A stretch of 64,000 nt of DNA. Source: a bacterium (GTDB taxonomy: Bacteria > Patescibacteriota > Minisyncoccia > Minisyncoccales > UBA10102). The DNA is taken from the NCBI GenBank assembly GCA_030647485.1, contig JAUSJT010000004.1:109088-173087 (forward strand), in the 5' to 3' direction. A program made the position numbers and the translations under genes. Positions 8,279 to 18,554 of this stretch are shown one piece after another. Under the pieces are notes generated by a model that ran no database searches, was not told the origin of the DNA, and saw nothing but the letters and a program-made list of their open reading frames with translations. Position 1 is the first letter of the stretch. Each line of letters starts with the position of its first letter.

Positions 8279-9022
8279 ATGCATATATCGCTACGGCCAG
8301 AAATTATTGGAACACTCTTTGGCATTCCCATTACCAACAGCTTGATTCTTTCTCTTATAACCGCTTTTCTTCTTGTTGGAGGCGGTTTTTTGCTTGCGCG
8401 TTCTTTGCGGATGATCCCAGGAAAAGCGCAAAATGCCATTGAAACGCTCCTGGAAGGAATCCTCGCCTTCATGGGCCAGACATTAGGGAATAAAGAGCAA
8501 GCGAAGAAATTCTTTCCTCTTGTAGCCACCATATTCTTGTTTATCCTGTTTAATAATTGGATCGGGGTGCTTCCTGGAACCGGGTCTCTGGGATTTTTTG
8601 AAGAAAACCAAGGAGTAAGAACATTTGTTCCTTTGTTTCGTTCTGCGAACAGCGATCTCAATACCACGTTTGCCCTAGCTTTAATCTCCATGGCCGCCAT
8701 TCAGTGGTATGGAATACGAAAGCTGGGGTTCTTGCGCCATATCTCCAAGTTTCTCGTGTTCACCAAGGGCCCGATTGATTTCTTCGTGGGGATATTGGAG
8801 TTGATAGGAGAGTTCGCAAAGATTCTGTCATTCTCGTTTAGGCTATTTGGCAACATATTCGCAGGAGAGGTGCTCCTCATTATTATCATGGCCTTAGTGC
8901 CGGTCATAGTGCCCCTTCCTTTTATCATGCTGGAATTCTTTGTAGGCTTTATTCAGGCCTTGGTTTTTGCTATGCTTACGTTGATATTCTTGAAAATAGC
9001 AACAGCTGAGGTCGAGCATTAG
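8279..9022 (+). CDS. atpB: F0F1 ATP synthase subunit a
   Basis: 247 aa polytopic; ...FSFRLFGNIFAGEVLL... signature. Confidence 0.9.
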   Translation: MHISLRPEIIGTLFGIPITNSLILSLITAFLLVGGGFLLARSLRMIPGKAQNAIETLLEGILAFMGQTLGNKEQAKKFFPLVATIFLFILFNNWIGVLPGTGSLGFFEENQGVRTFVPLFRSANSDLNTTFALALISMAAIQWYGIRKLGFLRHISKFLVFTKGPIDFFVGILELIGEFAKILSFSFRLFGNIFAGEVLLIIIMALVPVIVPLPFIMLEFFVGFIQALVFAMLTLIFLKIATAEVEH

Positions 9023-9033
9023 TATTAAAGGTC

Positions 9034-9290
<257 letters not shown>

Positions 9291-9307
9291 CGCGCCTACG
9301 CATACCG

Positions 9308-9817
9308 ATGACGGAGTTATTCGAAAACCTGGGTGTTGACTGGAAACTCTTGTTTGCGCAGGCAGTGAATTTTCTCTTAGTGTTGTGGCTGCTGAATCGC
9401 TTTGTATTCAGAAAGCTCCTTTCATTGCTGGAAGAGCGTAAAAAGAAGATTGAACAGGGATTGGAGCTGCGAGACCGAGCGGAAAAAGAGGTTGCGCAAA
9501 TTGGAAACGCACGCCATCGTGCATTACAAGAGGTAAAGAAAGAAGCAGAAATCGTGCTGTCTCAAACAAGGGATTTGGCTCGACAAAAAGAGCAAGAATT
9601 ATTAAAAGCCGCTAAAGAACAGCAAGAAACCATACTTTTGAATGCTCGTGCCCAGGGAGAAAAAGACAAGGAAGATATGCTACGGGAAGCGCAGCAGGAG
9701 ATACGCATGAGAGCTTTGTTCTTAGCGGAGCAGGCGTTAGGGAGAACGCTTACCCCTAAAGACGAAGAGAGAATAGCAAAAGAAGTAGTGCAGGCGTTGA
9801 AGAACTATGCAAAGTAA
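9308..9817 (+). CDS. atpF: F0F1 ATP synthase subunit b
   Basis: 169 aa; one N-terminal TM followed by a long charged coiled-coil; operon position. Confidence 0.85.
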   Translation: MTELFENLGVDWKLLFAQAVNFLLVLWLLNRFVFRKLLSLLEERKKKIEQGLELRDRAEKEVAQIGNARHRALQEVKKEAEIVLSQTRDLARQKEQELLKAAKEQQETILLNARAQGEKDKEDMLREAQQEIRMRALFLAEQALGRTLTPKDEERIAKEVVQALKNYAK

Positions 9818-10202
9818 AGTACGAATATACGCAAAGGTATTATATGAAGTCCTGAAGGGAGTTTCTTTAAGCGAGCAGAAAAAAAGGATTCATGCATTAT
9901 ATGGTATCTTAAAAAAGAGGGGAGATATAAAGATAAGCAACGGCATTTTGCAGGAATTTCAACGGTTAGAGAAAGAACAGAAGGGAAAAATAGGGAAAGC
10001 GGTTTCTGCACGGCGTCTGTCCTCATCTGTCAAAGCAACGCTTGTTTCAAAGTTAAAATCCATGAAGTTTGTATTGCAAGATCGAATTGATCCTAGTGTT
10101 ATAGGCGGAGTTGCACTGTTTTTAGGAAATGATTTTTTAATTGATAACACCATCCTTGCAAGATTGAGAAAACTATCCTATGGAAAAAGATTATCTTTTT
10201 GA
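9807..10202 (+). CDS. atpH: F0F1 ATP synthase subunit delta (OSCP), short form
   Basis: 131 aa; C-terminal [31 protein letters not shown] signature; operon position. Confidence 0.75.
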   Translation: MQSKVRIYAKVLYEVLKGVSLSEQKKRIHALYGILKKRGDIKISNGILQEFQRLEKEQKGKIGKAVSARRLSSSVKATLVSKLKSMKFVLQDRIDPSVIGGVALFLGNDFLIDNTILARLRKLSYGKRLSF

Positions 10203-11718
10203 CATATTAAAAAAGGAATTAGAAGGCACAAACCTTACTCCCACGAAAGAAGAGGTGGGGCGCGTGGTGAGCGTGGGAGACGGAGTCGTGCAAATTGAAG
10301 GTCTTCCTAATGTGGTGTTTTCTGAAATGGTAGAAATTACCAGGTGGCCGGGTGAGAAGAATGCTCCAGTTCTTCCTGCTCTCGTATTAAACTTGGAAGA
10401 GTACGCCGTAGGAGCAGTTATCTTAGGAGACGATACCTTGGTGCAGGAAGGAGACCTGGTGCGCAGGACAGGAAAAGTATTGTCTGTTCCTGTGGGAGAA
10501 GCATTGCTGGGAAGAGTAGTGAGCCCTTTAGGAGTTCCGTTAGACGGGAAAGGAAGTTTAGACCAAAAAAAGCTTTCATTCTTGCCCATTGAGAGGCCAG
10601 CTCCTGGGGTTATTGACCGAAGCCCGGTGAATATTTCTTTGGCTACAGGCATTAAGGTTATTGATGCCGCCATTCCTATAGGACGGGGACAAAGAGAGCT
10701 TATCATAGGAGACCGGCAAATAGGCAAAACTGCCATGGTGCAAGACACCATTTTGAACCAACTGCACGAGCCAAAAGAGAAGCGCCCTGTCTGCATTTAT
10801 GTTGCCATTGGGCAAAAAGCTTCCAAGGTAGCCCAGTTGGTAAAAGATTTGGAAAGCAGGGGAGCCATGGAATATACCATAGTGGTTGCAGCAGTTGCTT
10901 CAGATCCGGTTCCATTGTGGTTTGTTGCTCCGTATGCCGGATGTTCTATGGGAGAATATTTCAGAGACAAGGGCAAGGACGCTTTGATTATTTATGACGA
11001 TCTTTCCAAACACGCATGGGCATGGCGCCAGATTGCCTTGCTCTTAAGAAGACCGCCAGGAAGAGAGGCGTACCCTGGAGACGTGTTCTATCTCCATTCA
11101 AGGCTGTTGGAACGCGCGGCAAAGCTGTCTGAAGAGAAGGGCGGAGGTTCTCTTACCGCCCTGCCTATTGTGGAAACGCAATTGGGAGACGTGTCAGCAT
11201 ATATCCCCACCAACATCATTTCTATTACCGACGGTCAAATCTATTTGGAATCTGATTTGTTTAGCAAAGGACAAAGGCCTGCGGTGAATATAGGGTTGTC
11301 GGTGTCTCGCGTGGGAAGCTCGGCGCAAACCAAGGCGATGAAGAAAGTTGCTTCTCAACTTAAGCTTGATTTGGCCCAATACCAAGAGCTGGCGGCGTTT
11401 GCTCAATTCAGCCAGGATTTGGATGCGACAACTAAAAAACGCATTGACAGGGGAGCGCGGCTTATGGAGTTGTTGAAACAACCCCAATTTGAGGTTTTGC
11501 CTATGGAACAGCAGGTGTGCGTGTTGTTTGCGGGCAATGCAGGATATTTGGATTCTGTCCCTTTAGAAAAAGTGAGAGAGTTTGAATCAAAACTGTTGGA
11601 ATATATGCAGGCGCATAACCCTGATATTTTAGAATCTATTCAAAAGACAAGAGATTTTTCAGAAGAAACGCAGAATAAACTAAAGCAAGTGTTAGATGAG
11701 TTCAAAGAAACAGCTTAA
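10180..11718 (+). CDS. atpA: F0F1 ATP synthase subunit alpha
   Basis: 512 aa; GDRQIGKT P-loop, ...[21 protein letters not shown]... Confidence 0.97.
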   Translation: MEKDYLFDILKKELEGTNLTPTKEEVGRVVSVGDGVVQIEGLPNVVFSEMVEITRWPGEKNAPVLPALVLNLEEYAVGAVILGDDTLVQEGDLVRRTGKVLSVPVGEALLGRVVSPLGVPLDGKGSLDQKKLSFLPIERPAPGVIDRSPVNISLATGIKVIDAAIPIGRGQRELIIGDRQIGKTAMVQDTILNQLHEPKEKRPVCIYVAIGQKASKVAQLVKDLESRGAMEYTIVVAAVASDPVPLWFVAPYAGCSMGEYFRDKGKDALIIYDDLSKHAWAWRQIALLLRRPPGREAYPGDVFYLHSRLLERAAKLSEEKGGGSLTALPIVETQLGDVSAYIPTNIISITDGQIYLESDLFSKGQRPAVNIGLSVSRVGSSAQTKAMKKVASQLKLDLAQYQELAAFAQFSQDLDATTKKRIDRGARLMELLKQPQFEVLPMEQQVCVLFAGNAGYLDSVPLEKVREFESKLLEYMQAHNPDILESIQKTRDFSEETQNKLKQVLDEFKETA

Positions 11719-12622
11719 AACTAAAATACGCGCGGTGGGGAATATTAAGCAGATAACGCGAGCCATGGAAATGGTGGCTGCAACTAAAATGAGAAAAACT
11801 CAAGAGGTTGCGCTACGTGCCCGTCCTTATGCGAAATACGCGCTTTCACTATTGCGCAGCCTTTTGCTTCTTGAAGGAGGGGAGGAGTTGAGAGCGCAGA
11901 GCCATTTCTTCAAGGAAGTGAACCGAAAGAATCCCTGTCTTGTGGTGGTGACTTCAGATAGGGGCTTGTGCGGAGGGTTCAATAGCCAGGTGTTAAGAGC
12001 TGCACTCAAGTTTAGAGAGGAGTATCCAGAGTTATCTGTTGTGGCTATTGGGAAAAAAGGGAAAGAGTTCTTTGAAAGACGTGATATCCCTGTTTTGAAA
12101 AGCTTCTCTGATTTCTCCGAGGTTGTAACTCTTGCCGATGTTGCTCCCGTAGCAGAGTTTCTTATGACAGAATATGCACAGCATAGGCATGACACCATTG
12201 AGTTTTGTTCCACTCAATTTGTTTCTGCGCTATTCCAAAAAGTGGCGCTGCACAGGGTGTTGCCCATTACGGAAGATGAGCTGGAAAAGACGATTCAAGG
12301 AATTATTCCAAAGTCGGGGAGGTATTCTGATATTCAAAACGTAGAAGAAAAGCAAGAATCCGTTGTGTCGCTCCTAGAACCTGGAGCAAAGAATATCTTT
12401 GAAGAACTGGTAGAAGATTTAGTCAGGGTAGAGATCCTTCATCTTATCTTTGAATCCAATGCGTCAGAACATTCAGCCAGAATGTTTGCCATGAAGAATG
12501 CAACAGACAATGCCGAAGATTTAGAAGAAGATCTCCAACTTCTTTTAAACAAAGCGAGACAGGGAGCCATTACCCAGGAATTGAGCGAGATCGCAAGCGC
12601 AAAAGAAGCATTGATATCATGA
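11696..12622 (+). CDS. atpG: F0F1 ATP synthase subunit gamma
   Basis: 308 aa; [19 protein letters not shown]-terminus, C-terminal ...ITQELSEI... Confidence 0.92.
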   Translation: MSSKKQLKTKIRAVGNIKQITRAMEMVAATKMRKTQEVALRARPYAKYALSLLRSLLLLEGGEELRAQSHFFKEVNRKNPCLVVVTSDRGLCGGFNSQVLRAALKFREEYPELSVVAIGKKGKEFFERRDIPVLKSFSDFSEVVTLADVAPVAEFLMTEYAQHRHDTIEFCSTQFVSALFQKVALHRVLPITEDELEKTIQGIIPKSGRYSDIQNVEEKQESVVSLLEPGAKNIFEELVEDLVRVEILHLIFESNASEHSARMFAMKNATDNAEDLEEDLQLLLNKARQGAITQELSEIASAKEALIS

Positions 12623-14117
<1,495 letters not shown>

Positions 14118-14119
<2 letters not shown>

Positions 14120-14138
14120 ACTTAGCTAAGCTAAGTTT
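14118..14138 (+). repeat. AACTTA...TAAGTT-type palindrome after atpD
   Basis: AAACTTAGC-taa-GCTAAGTTT; similar palindromes at 15029-15055 and 34148-34168. Confidence 0.5.
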
Positions 14139-14146
14139 GAACAGAT

Positions 14147-14392
14147 ATGACATTTCCACTTTTGGTATTCGCAATAGACAGGGAAATCTTTGCGGGGAAC
14201 GCGCAGTCCCTTATCGTGCCCGGAGCAGACGGGGAACTTCAGATTTTAGCTGACCACACTCCGCTTATCGTCCAGTTAAAGGAGGGGGACGTGAGAATTG
14301 AGGGAGAAAACGGAATAACAACAAAGCTGCCCATCGCAGGAGGAGTAGTGGAGGTAAAACCCCATGAGGTCGTGGCGCTTGTAAACTTTTAA
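14147..14392 (+). CDS. atpC: F0F1 ATP synthase subunit epsilon, N-terminal beta-sandwich only
   Basis: 81 aa; ...SLIVPGADGELQILADHTPLIVQLKEGDVRI...; no C-terminal helical hairpin is encoded. Confidence 0.8.
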   Translation: MTFPLLVFAIDREIFAGNAQSLIVPGADGELQILADHTPLIVQLKEGDVRIEGENGITTKLPIAGGVVEVKPHEVVALVNF

Positions 14393-14407
14393 AATATCTA
14401 CTATAAT
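14379..14407 (+). promoter_or_regulatory. sigma70-type promoter
   Basis: TTGTAA-17 nt-TATAAT; leader carries GGAAGGAG 10 nt before ATG 14441. Confidence 0.55.
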
Positions 14408-14440
14408 GCCCAGCAGCGTAAAGGAAGGAGCTTTCGTTTT

Positions 14441-14851
14441 ATGACACAGCATGTTCAATGCCCGGCAGTAGTTGTTCATTGCATGGACTTTAGGTTCAGA
14501 GGGTTCCTGAACAGGCATTTTGATGAGCGTTTTCCCGAAGGATATGATTTAGTATCTCTTGCAGGGGGTATTAAATCACTCATCGAAGACGGCCAAATCG
14601 ATAACTTTGAGTTAAGGCAATTGCAGCTTTCAGATCGTCTGCATCACCCGTCCGTAATCGTACTTGTGCAGCATGAGGACTGCGGTGCATACGGTGGGAG
14701 CAAAGGATTTCAAGAAGCTGACCAGGAACTCAACTTCCAAGGTCAAGAACTTGCAAAGGCAAAAATCCTGTTACAAGAGCAGTTGCCGAATCACAAGATC
14801 GAAACCTACTTTATCCGATTGTCAGGCGAAATGGTCTCTCTGCCGGGCTGA
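14441..14851 (+). CDS. beta-carbonic-anhydrase-like small protein
   Basis: 136 aa; CxDxR (HCMDFRF) and HxxC (QHEDCGAYGG) motifs in beta-CA order. Confidence 0.5.
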   Translation: MTQHVQCPAVVVHCMDFRFRGFLNRHFDERFPEGYDLVSLAGGIKSLIEDGQIDNFELRQLQLSDRLHHPSVIVLVQHEDCGAYGGSKGFQEADQELNFQGQELAKAKILLQEQLPNHKIETYFIRLSGEMVSLPG

Positions 14852-14866
14852 AGCCCCCGGCTTTTT
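14842..14866 (+). terminator. intrinsic terminator
   Basis: GCCGGG-ctgaagcc-CCCGGC followed by TTTTT. Confidence 0.7.
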
Positions 14867-14869
14867 CTT

Positions 14870-14898
14870 TTGACAGGAGGTTTTGAAGGGGATATAAT
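14870..14898 (+). promoter_or_regulatory. consensus sigma70 promoter of the micro-ORF unit
   Basis: TTGACA-17 nt-TATAAT, 7 nt to ATG 14906. Confidence 0.7.
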
Positions 14899-14905
14899 AC
14901 ACGAT

Positions 14906-14956
14906 ATGAAAAACACATGCCCCACGTGTGGCAAGGACACTTGTACTGGTTGTTAA
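14906..14956 (+). CDS. 16-aa four-cysteine micropeptide candidate (MKNTCPTCGKDTCTGC)
   Basis: ATG...TAA between a consensus promoter and an intrinsic terminator; CxxC-x5-CxxC; too short for the ORF track. Confidence 0.45.
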   Translation: MKNTCPTCGKDTCTGC

Positions 14957-14977
14957 GCGGTCACGCCACCTCATCAC

Positions 14978-15010
14978 AAAACACCCTCTCTGGAGAGTGT
15001 TTTGTTTTCT
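14978..15010 (+). terminator. intrinsic terminator
   Basis: AAACACCCTCTC-tg-GAGAGTGTTT imperfect hairpin followed by TGTTTTCT. Confidence 0.6.
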
Positions 15011-15028
15011 GCAAGAGACGCCGCATAG

Positions 15029-15055
15029 GTAAAACTTAATTCCATTAAGTTTTAC
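15029..15055. promoter_or_regulatory. perfect 12-bp-arm palindrome abutting the -35 box (operator candidate)
   Basis: GTAAAACTTAAT-tcc-ATTAAGTTTTAC, ends 4 nt before TTGACG at 15060. Confidence 0.45.
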
Positions 15056-15059
15056 AATT

Positions 15060-15088
15060 TTGACGGGAGAATATGGGAAAGGTATAAT
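15060..15088 (+). promoter_or_regulatory. sigma70-type promoter (leaderless-type spacing)
   Basis: TTGACG-17 nt-TATAAT, 6 nt to ATG 15095. Confidence 0.65.
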
Positions 15089-15094
15089 ATTCCT

Positions 15095-15331
15095 ATGCCA
15101 AAAGTTATTATCTATAGCACGCCTTACTGCGTGTATTGCAAAGCAGCAAAAGAATTCTTCCAGGAACACGGAGTTAAGTATGAGGAAAAAGATGTGGCAA
15201 ATGATGAAGAGGCAAGAGAGCGTATGATTCATAAATCAGGCCAGCTTGGGGTCCCCGTTATTGAGATTGGTGACGAGGTTGTTGTTGGATTTGATAAAAA
15301 GAGGTTAGCAGTATTGCTTGCAATAAGATAA
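15095..15331 (+). CDS. glutaredoxin/NrdH-like thiol-disulfide oxidoreductase
   Basis: 78 aa; VIIYSTPYCVYCKAAKEFF (CxxC), ...GQLGVPVIEIGDEVVVGFD. Confidence 0.85.
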   Translation: MPKVIIYSTPYCVYCKAAKEFFQEHGVKYEEKDVANDEEARERMIHKSGQLGVPVIEIGDEVVVGFDKKRLAVLLAIR

Positions 15332-16470
15332 TGGAGAAAGAGCCGCAGTTATACGACGAATGGGGACCAGAAGATGTGGTTCAAGTATCAAGGCCAGAAA
15401 TCAATCTGGTTGGTTTTTTGGTCATAGACAACATGGCCCTTGGTCCTGGAAAGGGAGGTATTCGCATGACTCCGAACGTGACAGAGGAAGAGGTGCGAAG
15501 ACTTGCACGGGCAATGACGTGGAAGAACGCCCTGGCAGGCATCCCATTCGGAGGAGCGAAAGCCGGAATTAGATTTACCGGAACTTCCGTGGAAGAAAAA
15601 AAGAGAGCCATACAGGAGTTTGCAAGAGCAATCAAAATCTTCACTCCTGGAAAATATATCGCAGGGCCTGACGTGAATACCGGAGAACAAGAGATGCAGT
15701 GGTTTGTAGAAGCAACAGGAAACTGGAGGTCAGCTACTGGAAAGCCCGCAAAGCTGTGCATGCTCGTATTCGGAAAAGGGGGAACAAAACAGCAATGCGG
15801 TATTCCTCATGAGTTTGGGAGTACGGGGTTTGGAGTAGCGCATGCAACAAAAGTTGCTGCAGAGCTTCTGAAACTGGATATGAAGGGCGCGAGGGTTTCT
15901 ATCCATGGGTTTGGGAACGTGGGAACATTCACTGCCCAGCATCTTTACAATATGGGGGCTAAAATTGTTGCGGTCGCAGATAAAGACGGAGCGGTATATG
16001 CAAAAGACGGACTAGATCTGAAAAAACTTCTCAAGCTTTCTTCTGCGAGAAAGCCAGTAACAGAATATGGCAAGGGAAGCGTGATACGGCCCGAGGATTT
16101 TTGGGGCGTTCCGGTAGATATCCTTATTCCTGCTTCTGTAACTGATGTGATTAATGAAAAGAATAAAGACCATATCAAGACAAAACTTATTGTAGAGGGG
16201 GCGAACATCCCAATGCGAGAAGAAGTTGAAAGAGAATTGTGGGAGAAGGGAATTTGTATAATCCCTGATTTTGTTGCAAATGCGGGAGGGGTGATTTCTT
16301 CCTATGCCGAGTATCGGGGGTATAACCCAAAGAAAATGTTTGACACAGTGCAAAAGAAGATTATTGCGAGCACTACTCGAGTTATGGGAGAAAGCTTGAA
16401 AAGGGGAATATACCCCAGGCAGGTGGCTCTGGATATTGCCCAGCGTATTATCAAAGAGAAAAAGAGATAA
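15331..16470 (+). CDS. Glu/Leu/Phe/Val-family amino-acid dehydrogenase (glutamate dehydrogenase-like)
   Basis: 379 aa; GPGKGGIRM..., IPFGGAKAGI, GFGNVG Rossmann motif. Confidence 0.88.
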   Translation: MEKEPQLYDEWGPEDVVQVSRPEINLVGFLVIDNMALGPGKGGIRMTPNVTEEEVRRLARAMTWKNALAGIPFGGAKAGIRFTGTSVEEKKRAIQEFARAIKIFTPGKYIAGPDVNTGEQEMQWFVEATGNWRSATGKPAKLCMLVFGKGGTKQQCGIPHEFGSTGFGVAHATKVAAELLKLDMKGARVSIHGFGNVGTFTAQHLYNMGAKIVAVADKDGAVYAKDGLDLKKLLKLSSARKPVTEYGKGSVIRPEDFWGVPVDILIPASVTDVINEKNKDHIKTKLIVEGANIPMREEVERELWEKGICIIPDFVANAGGVISSYAEYRGYNPKKMFDTVQKKIIASTTRVMGESLKRGIYPRQVALDIAQRIIKEKKR

Positions 16471-16474
16471 GAGA

Positions 16475-17620
16475 ATGAAGTCAAACTCTGCATTGAAGGA
16501 ATTATCTATAGCTTCTCATCGCAAACTGAGGGGAAAGATTGGTATTGTCAGCAAGGCGCCATTGCGATCCCAGAATGATCTTAAGATTTATTACACGCCC
16601 GGAGTGGGGGCAGTAGCCGCATACCTTGCAACACACAAGAAGGAAGCAAGGGATTTAACCATGAAAGGGAATGCGGTTGCTGTTATATCAGATGGTTCTC
16701 GCGTGCTGGGATTGGGGAATATTGGACCTGAAGCAGCGCTTCCTGTCATGGAGGGTAAGGCAATGATTTTCAAGGAGTTTGCAGGCATTGACGCCTTTCC
16801 CATTGTTTTAGATACCCAAGATGTAGGAGAAATTGTAAAGACCATACGATACATTTCTCCTGCATTCGGAGCCATTAACCTAGAAGACATTGCCGCTCCT
16901 CGATGTTTTGAGATAGAGAAGCAGCTTCAGAAAATTCTTCCCTTGTTTGTTATGCATGACGACCAGCATGCAACGGCAATTGCCGTCTTAGCAGGGCTTA
17001 TCAATGCTTTTAAGGTTGTAAAGAAGAACCTAAAAACAAGCAAGATCGTGGTTATAGGCGCGGGAGCTGCGGGATCTGCAACTGCAAAGCTCCTTGTTGC
17101 ATACGGAGCGCGCAATGTAGTTGTTGTAGACGAGAAGGGCATTCTTTCTGCCAAGAGGAAGGGGCTCAATCTATATCAGAAAGAGCTTGCAGCCATGACA
17201 AATAAAAAGAATGTGCAAGGGACGCTTCAGGGTGCTCTTTTAGGGGCTGACGCAATGGTGGGGCTTTCTGCGCCCAATATTGTGAAGTCAGGGGATGTGA
17301 AACGCATGGCTGTCAAATCTATTGTGTTCGCCCTTGCAAATCCTGTGCCGGAAATTATGCCCCAAGATGCCAAGGTAGGAGGAGCATTTATTGTGGCGAC
17401 CGGGAGATCTGACTTTGAAAATCAAGTGAACAATGCCCTTGTGTTCCCCGGGGTATTCAGGGGAGCGCTTGATCATAGGGTGAAAAAGATAACATGGGAT
17501 ATGAAGATACGGGCTGCAAAGGTTTTAGCTTCGCTCGTCAAGAAACCGACCCCTCGCGCTATTGTTCCTTCCGTGTTTGACCCTAGGGTGGTAAAGGCAT
17601 TAGCTTCTGTTATACAATAA
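16475..17620 (+). CDS. NAD(P)-dependent malic enzyme (short form)
   Basis: 381 aa from ATG 16475; YTPGVG..., VISDGSRVLGLGNIGP, GAGAAG; the ORF-track start at 16436 overlaps the previous gene. Confidence 0.85.
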   Translation: MKSNSALKELSIASHRKLRGKIGIVSKAPLRSQNDLKIYYTPGVGAVAAYLATHKKEARDLTMKGNAVAVISDGSRVLGLGNIGPEAALPVMEGKAMIFKEFAGIDAFPIVLDTQDVGEIVKTIRYISPAFGAINLEDIAAPRCFEIEKQLQKILPLFVMHDDQHATAIAVLAGLINAFKVVKKNLKTSKIVVIGAGAAGSATAKLLVAYGARNVVVVDEKGILSAKRKGLNLYQKELAAMTNKKNVQGTLQGALLGADAMVGLSAPNIVKSGDVKRMAVKSIVFALANPVPEIMPQDAKVGGAFIVATGRSDFENQVNNALVFPGVFRGALDHRVKKITWDMKIRAAKVLASLVKKPTPRAIVPSVFDPRVVKALASVIQ

Positions 17621-17630
17621 AGCAACAACT

Positions 17631-18554
17631 ATGACGTATGATCTTGTTATCGTGGGGTCGGGGGCTGCGGGGTTGTCTGCGGCCTTGTACGCGAGAAGAT
17701 ATAACATGAATACTCTTGTGTTTGAGGGTGAGTTTGGAGGGGAAACGGCAACCGCAGGAAAGATTGAGAACTACCCTGGCATTATGTCTGTTGATGGGTA
17801 TGATTTAATGAAAACCATGAAAGAACAAGGGAAAGTTCTTGGGGTTCAGTTCTTGGAAGAGAGAGTGCAAAAGATTGAGCGCCAGGAAGCATATTTTCTT
17901 GTGACAGGAGAGAAGGAGACGTTCCAAGCAAAAGCCATTATCTTGGCCATAGGATCCCAAAGAAGGCATTTGGGTCTTTCCAAGGAGCAGGAGCTTACCG
18001 GGCGGGGCGTGCACTACTGCGTAACCTGCGACGGCCCCGTATTCGCGGGCAAGACCGTTGCCATGGTTGGGGGAGGGGATTCTTCTGTAAAGGGAGTGAA
18101 CTTTCTGGGAGAATACGCGCAGAAGATTTATTTCATTGTCCGTGGTAAAGAGATTGTTGCTGAATTTATAAACCTTGCCCAGATGAAGAAACTTGGAGAC
18201 AAGGTAGAGGTGTTGTTAGAAACAGAAGTGAAAGAACTGGTAGGGGATAAGATGCTCGAGAAAGTCGTTCTTTCAAAAGCATATAAGGGATCTGCGGAGC
18301 TTGCCTTAGACGGCATGTTTGTTGAGGTTGGATATGACCCCGATCAAACATTCGTAAAGCAGCTTGGTCTCCAAGTGGATGAAGCGGGATACACAAAAGC
18401 AGACAATATGATGTGCACCAATATTCCTGGGGTTTTTGCCGCAGGAGATTCAACCAATCATTTTGGGAGATTTAAGCAAGATATTACCGCCGCGGCCTTG
18501 GGAGCTGTTGCGGCAACTTCTGCGTACGAGTATAATACAATCTATGGACAATAA
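17631..18554 (+). CDS. trxB: thioredoxin-disulfide reductase
   Basis: 307 aa; VIVGSGAAGLSAA, redox-active CVTCDG, GGGDSS. Confidence 0.9.
   Translation: MTYDLVIVGSGAAGLSAALYARRYNMNTLVFEGEFGGETATAGKIENYPGIMSVDGYDLMKTMKEQGKVLGVQFLEERVQKIERQEAYFLVTGEKETFQAKAIILAIGSQRRHLGLSKEQELTGRGVHYCVTCDGPVFAGKTVAMVGGGDSSVKGVNFLGEYAQKIYFIVRGKEIVAEFINLAQMKKLGDKVEVLLETEVKELVGDKMLEKVVLSKAYKGSAELALDGMFVEVGYDPDQTFVKQLGLQVDEAGYTKADNMMCTNIPGVFAAGDSTNHFGRFKQDITAAALGAVAATSAYEYNTIYGQ

Noticed and set aside
14876-14892. GGAGGTTTTGAAGGGG in the micro-ORF promoter spacer resembling GAGGGTTTTGAAGGAG of family-2 copy 4
   Set aside because: The match is only about 14 nt and lacks the flanking arms. It is too short to call a repeat remnant.
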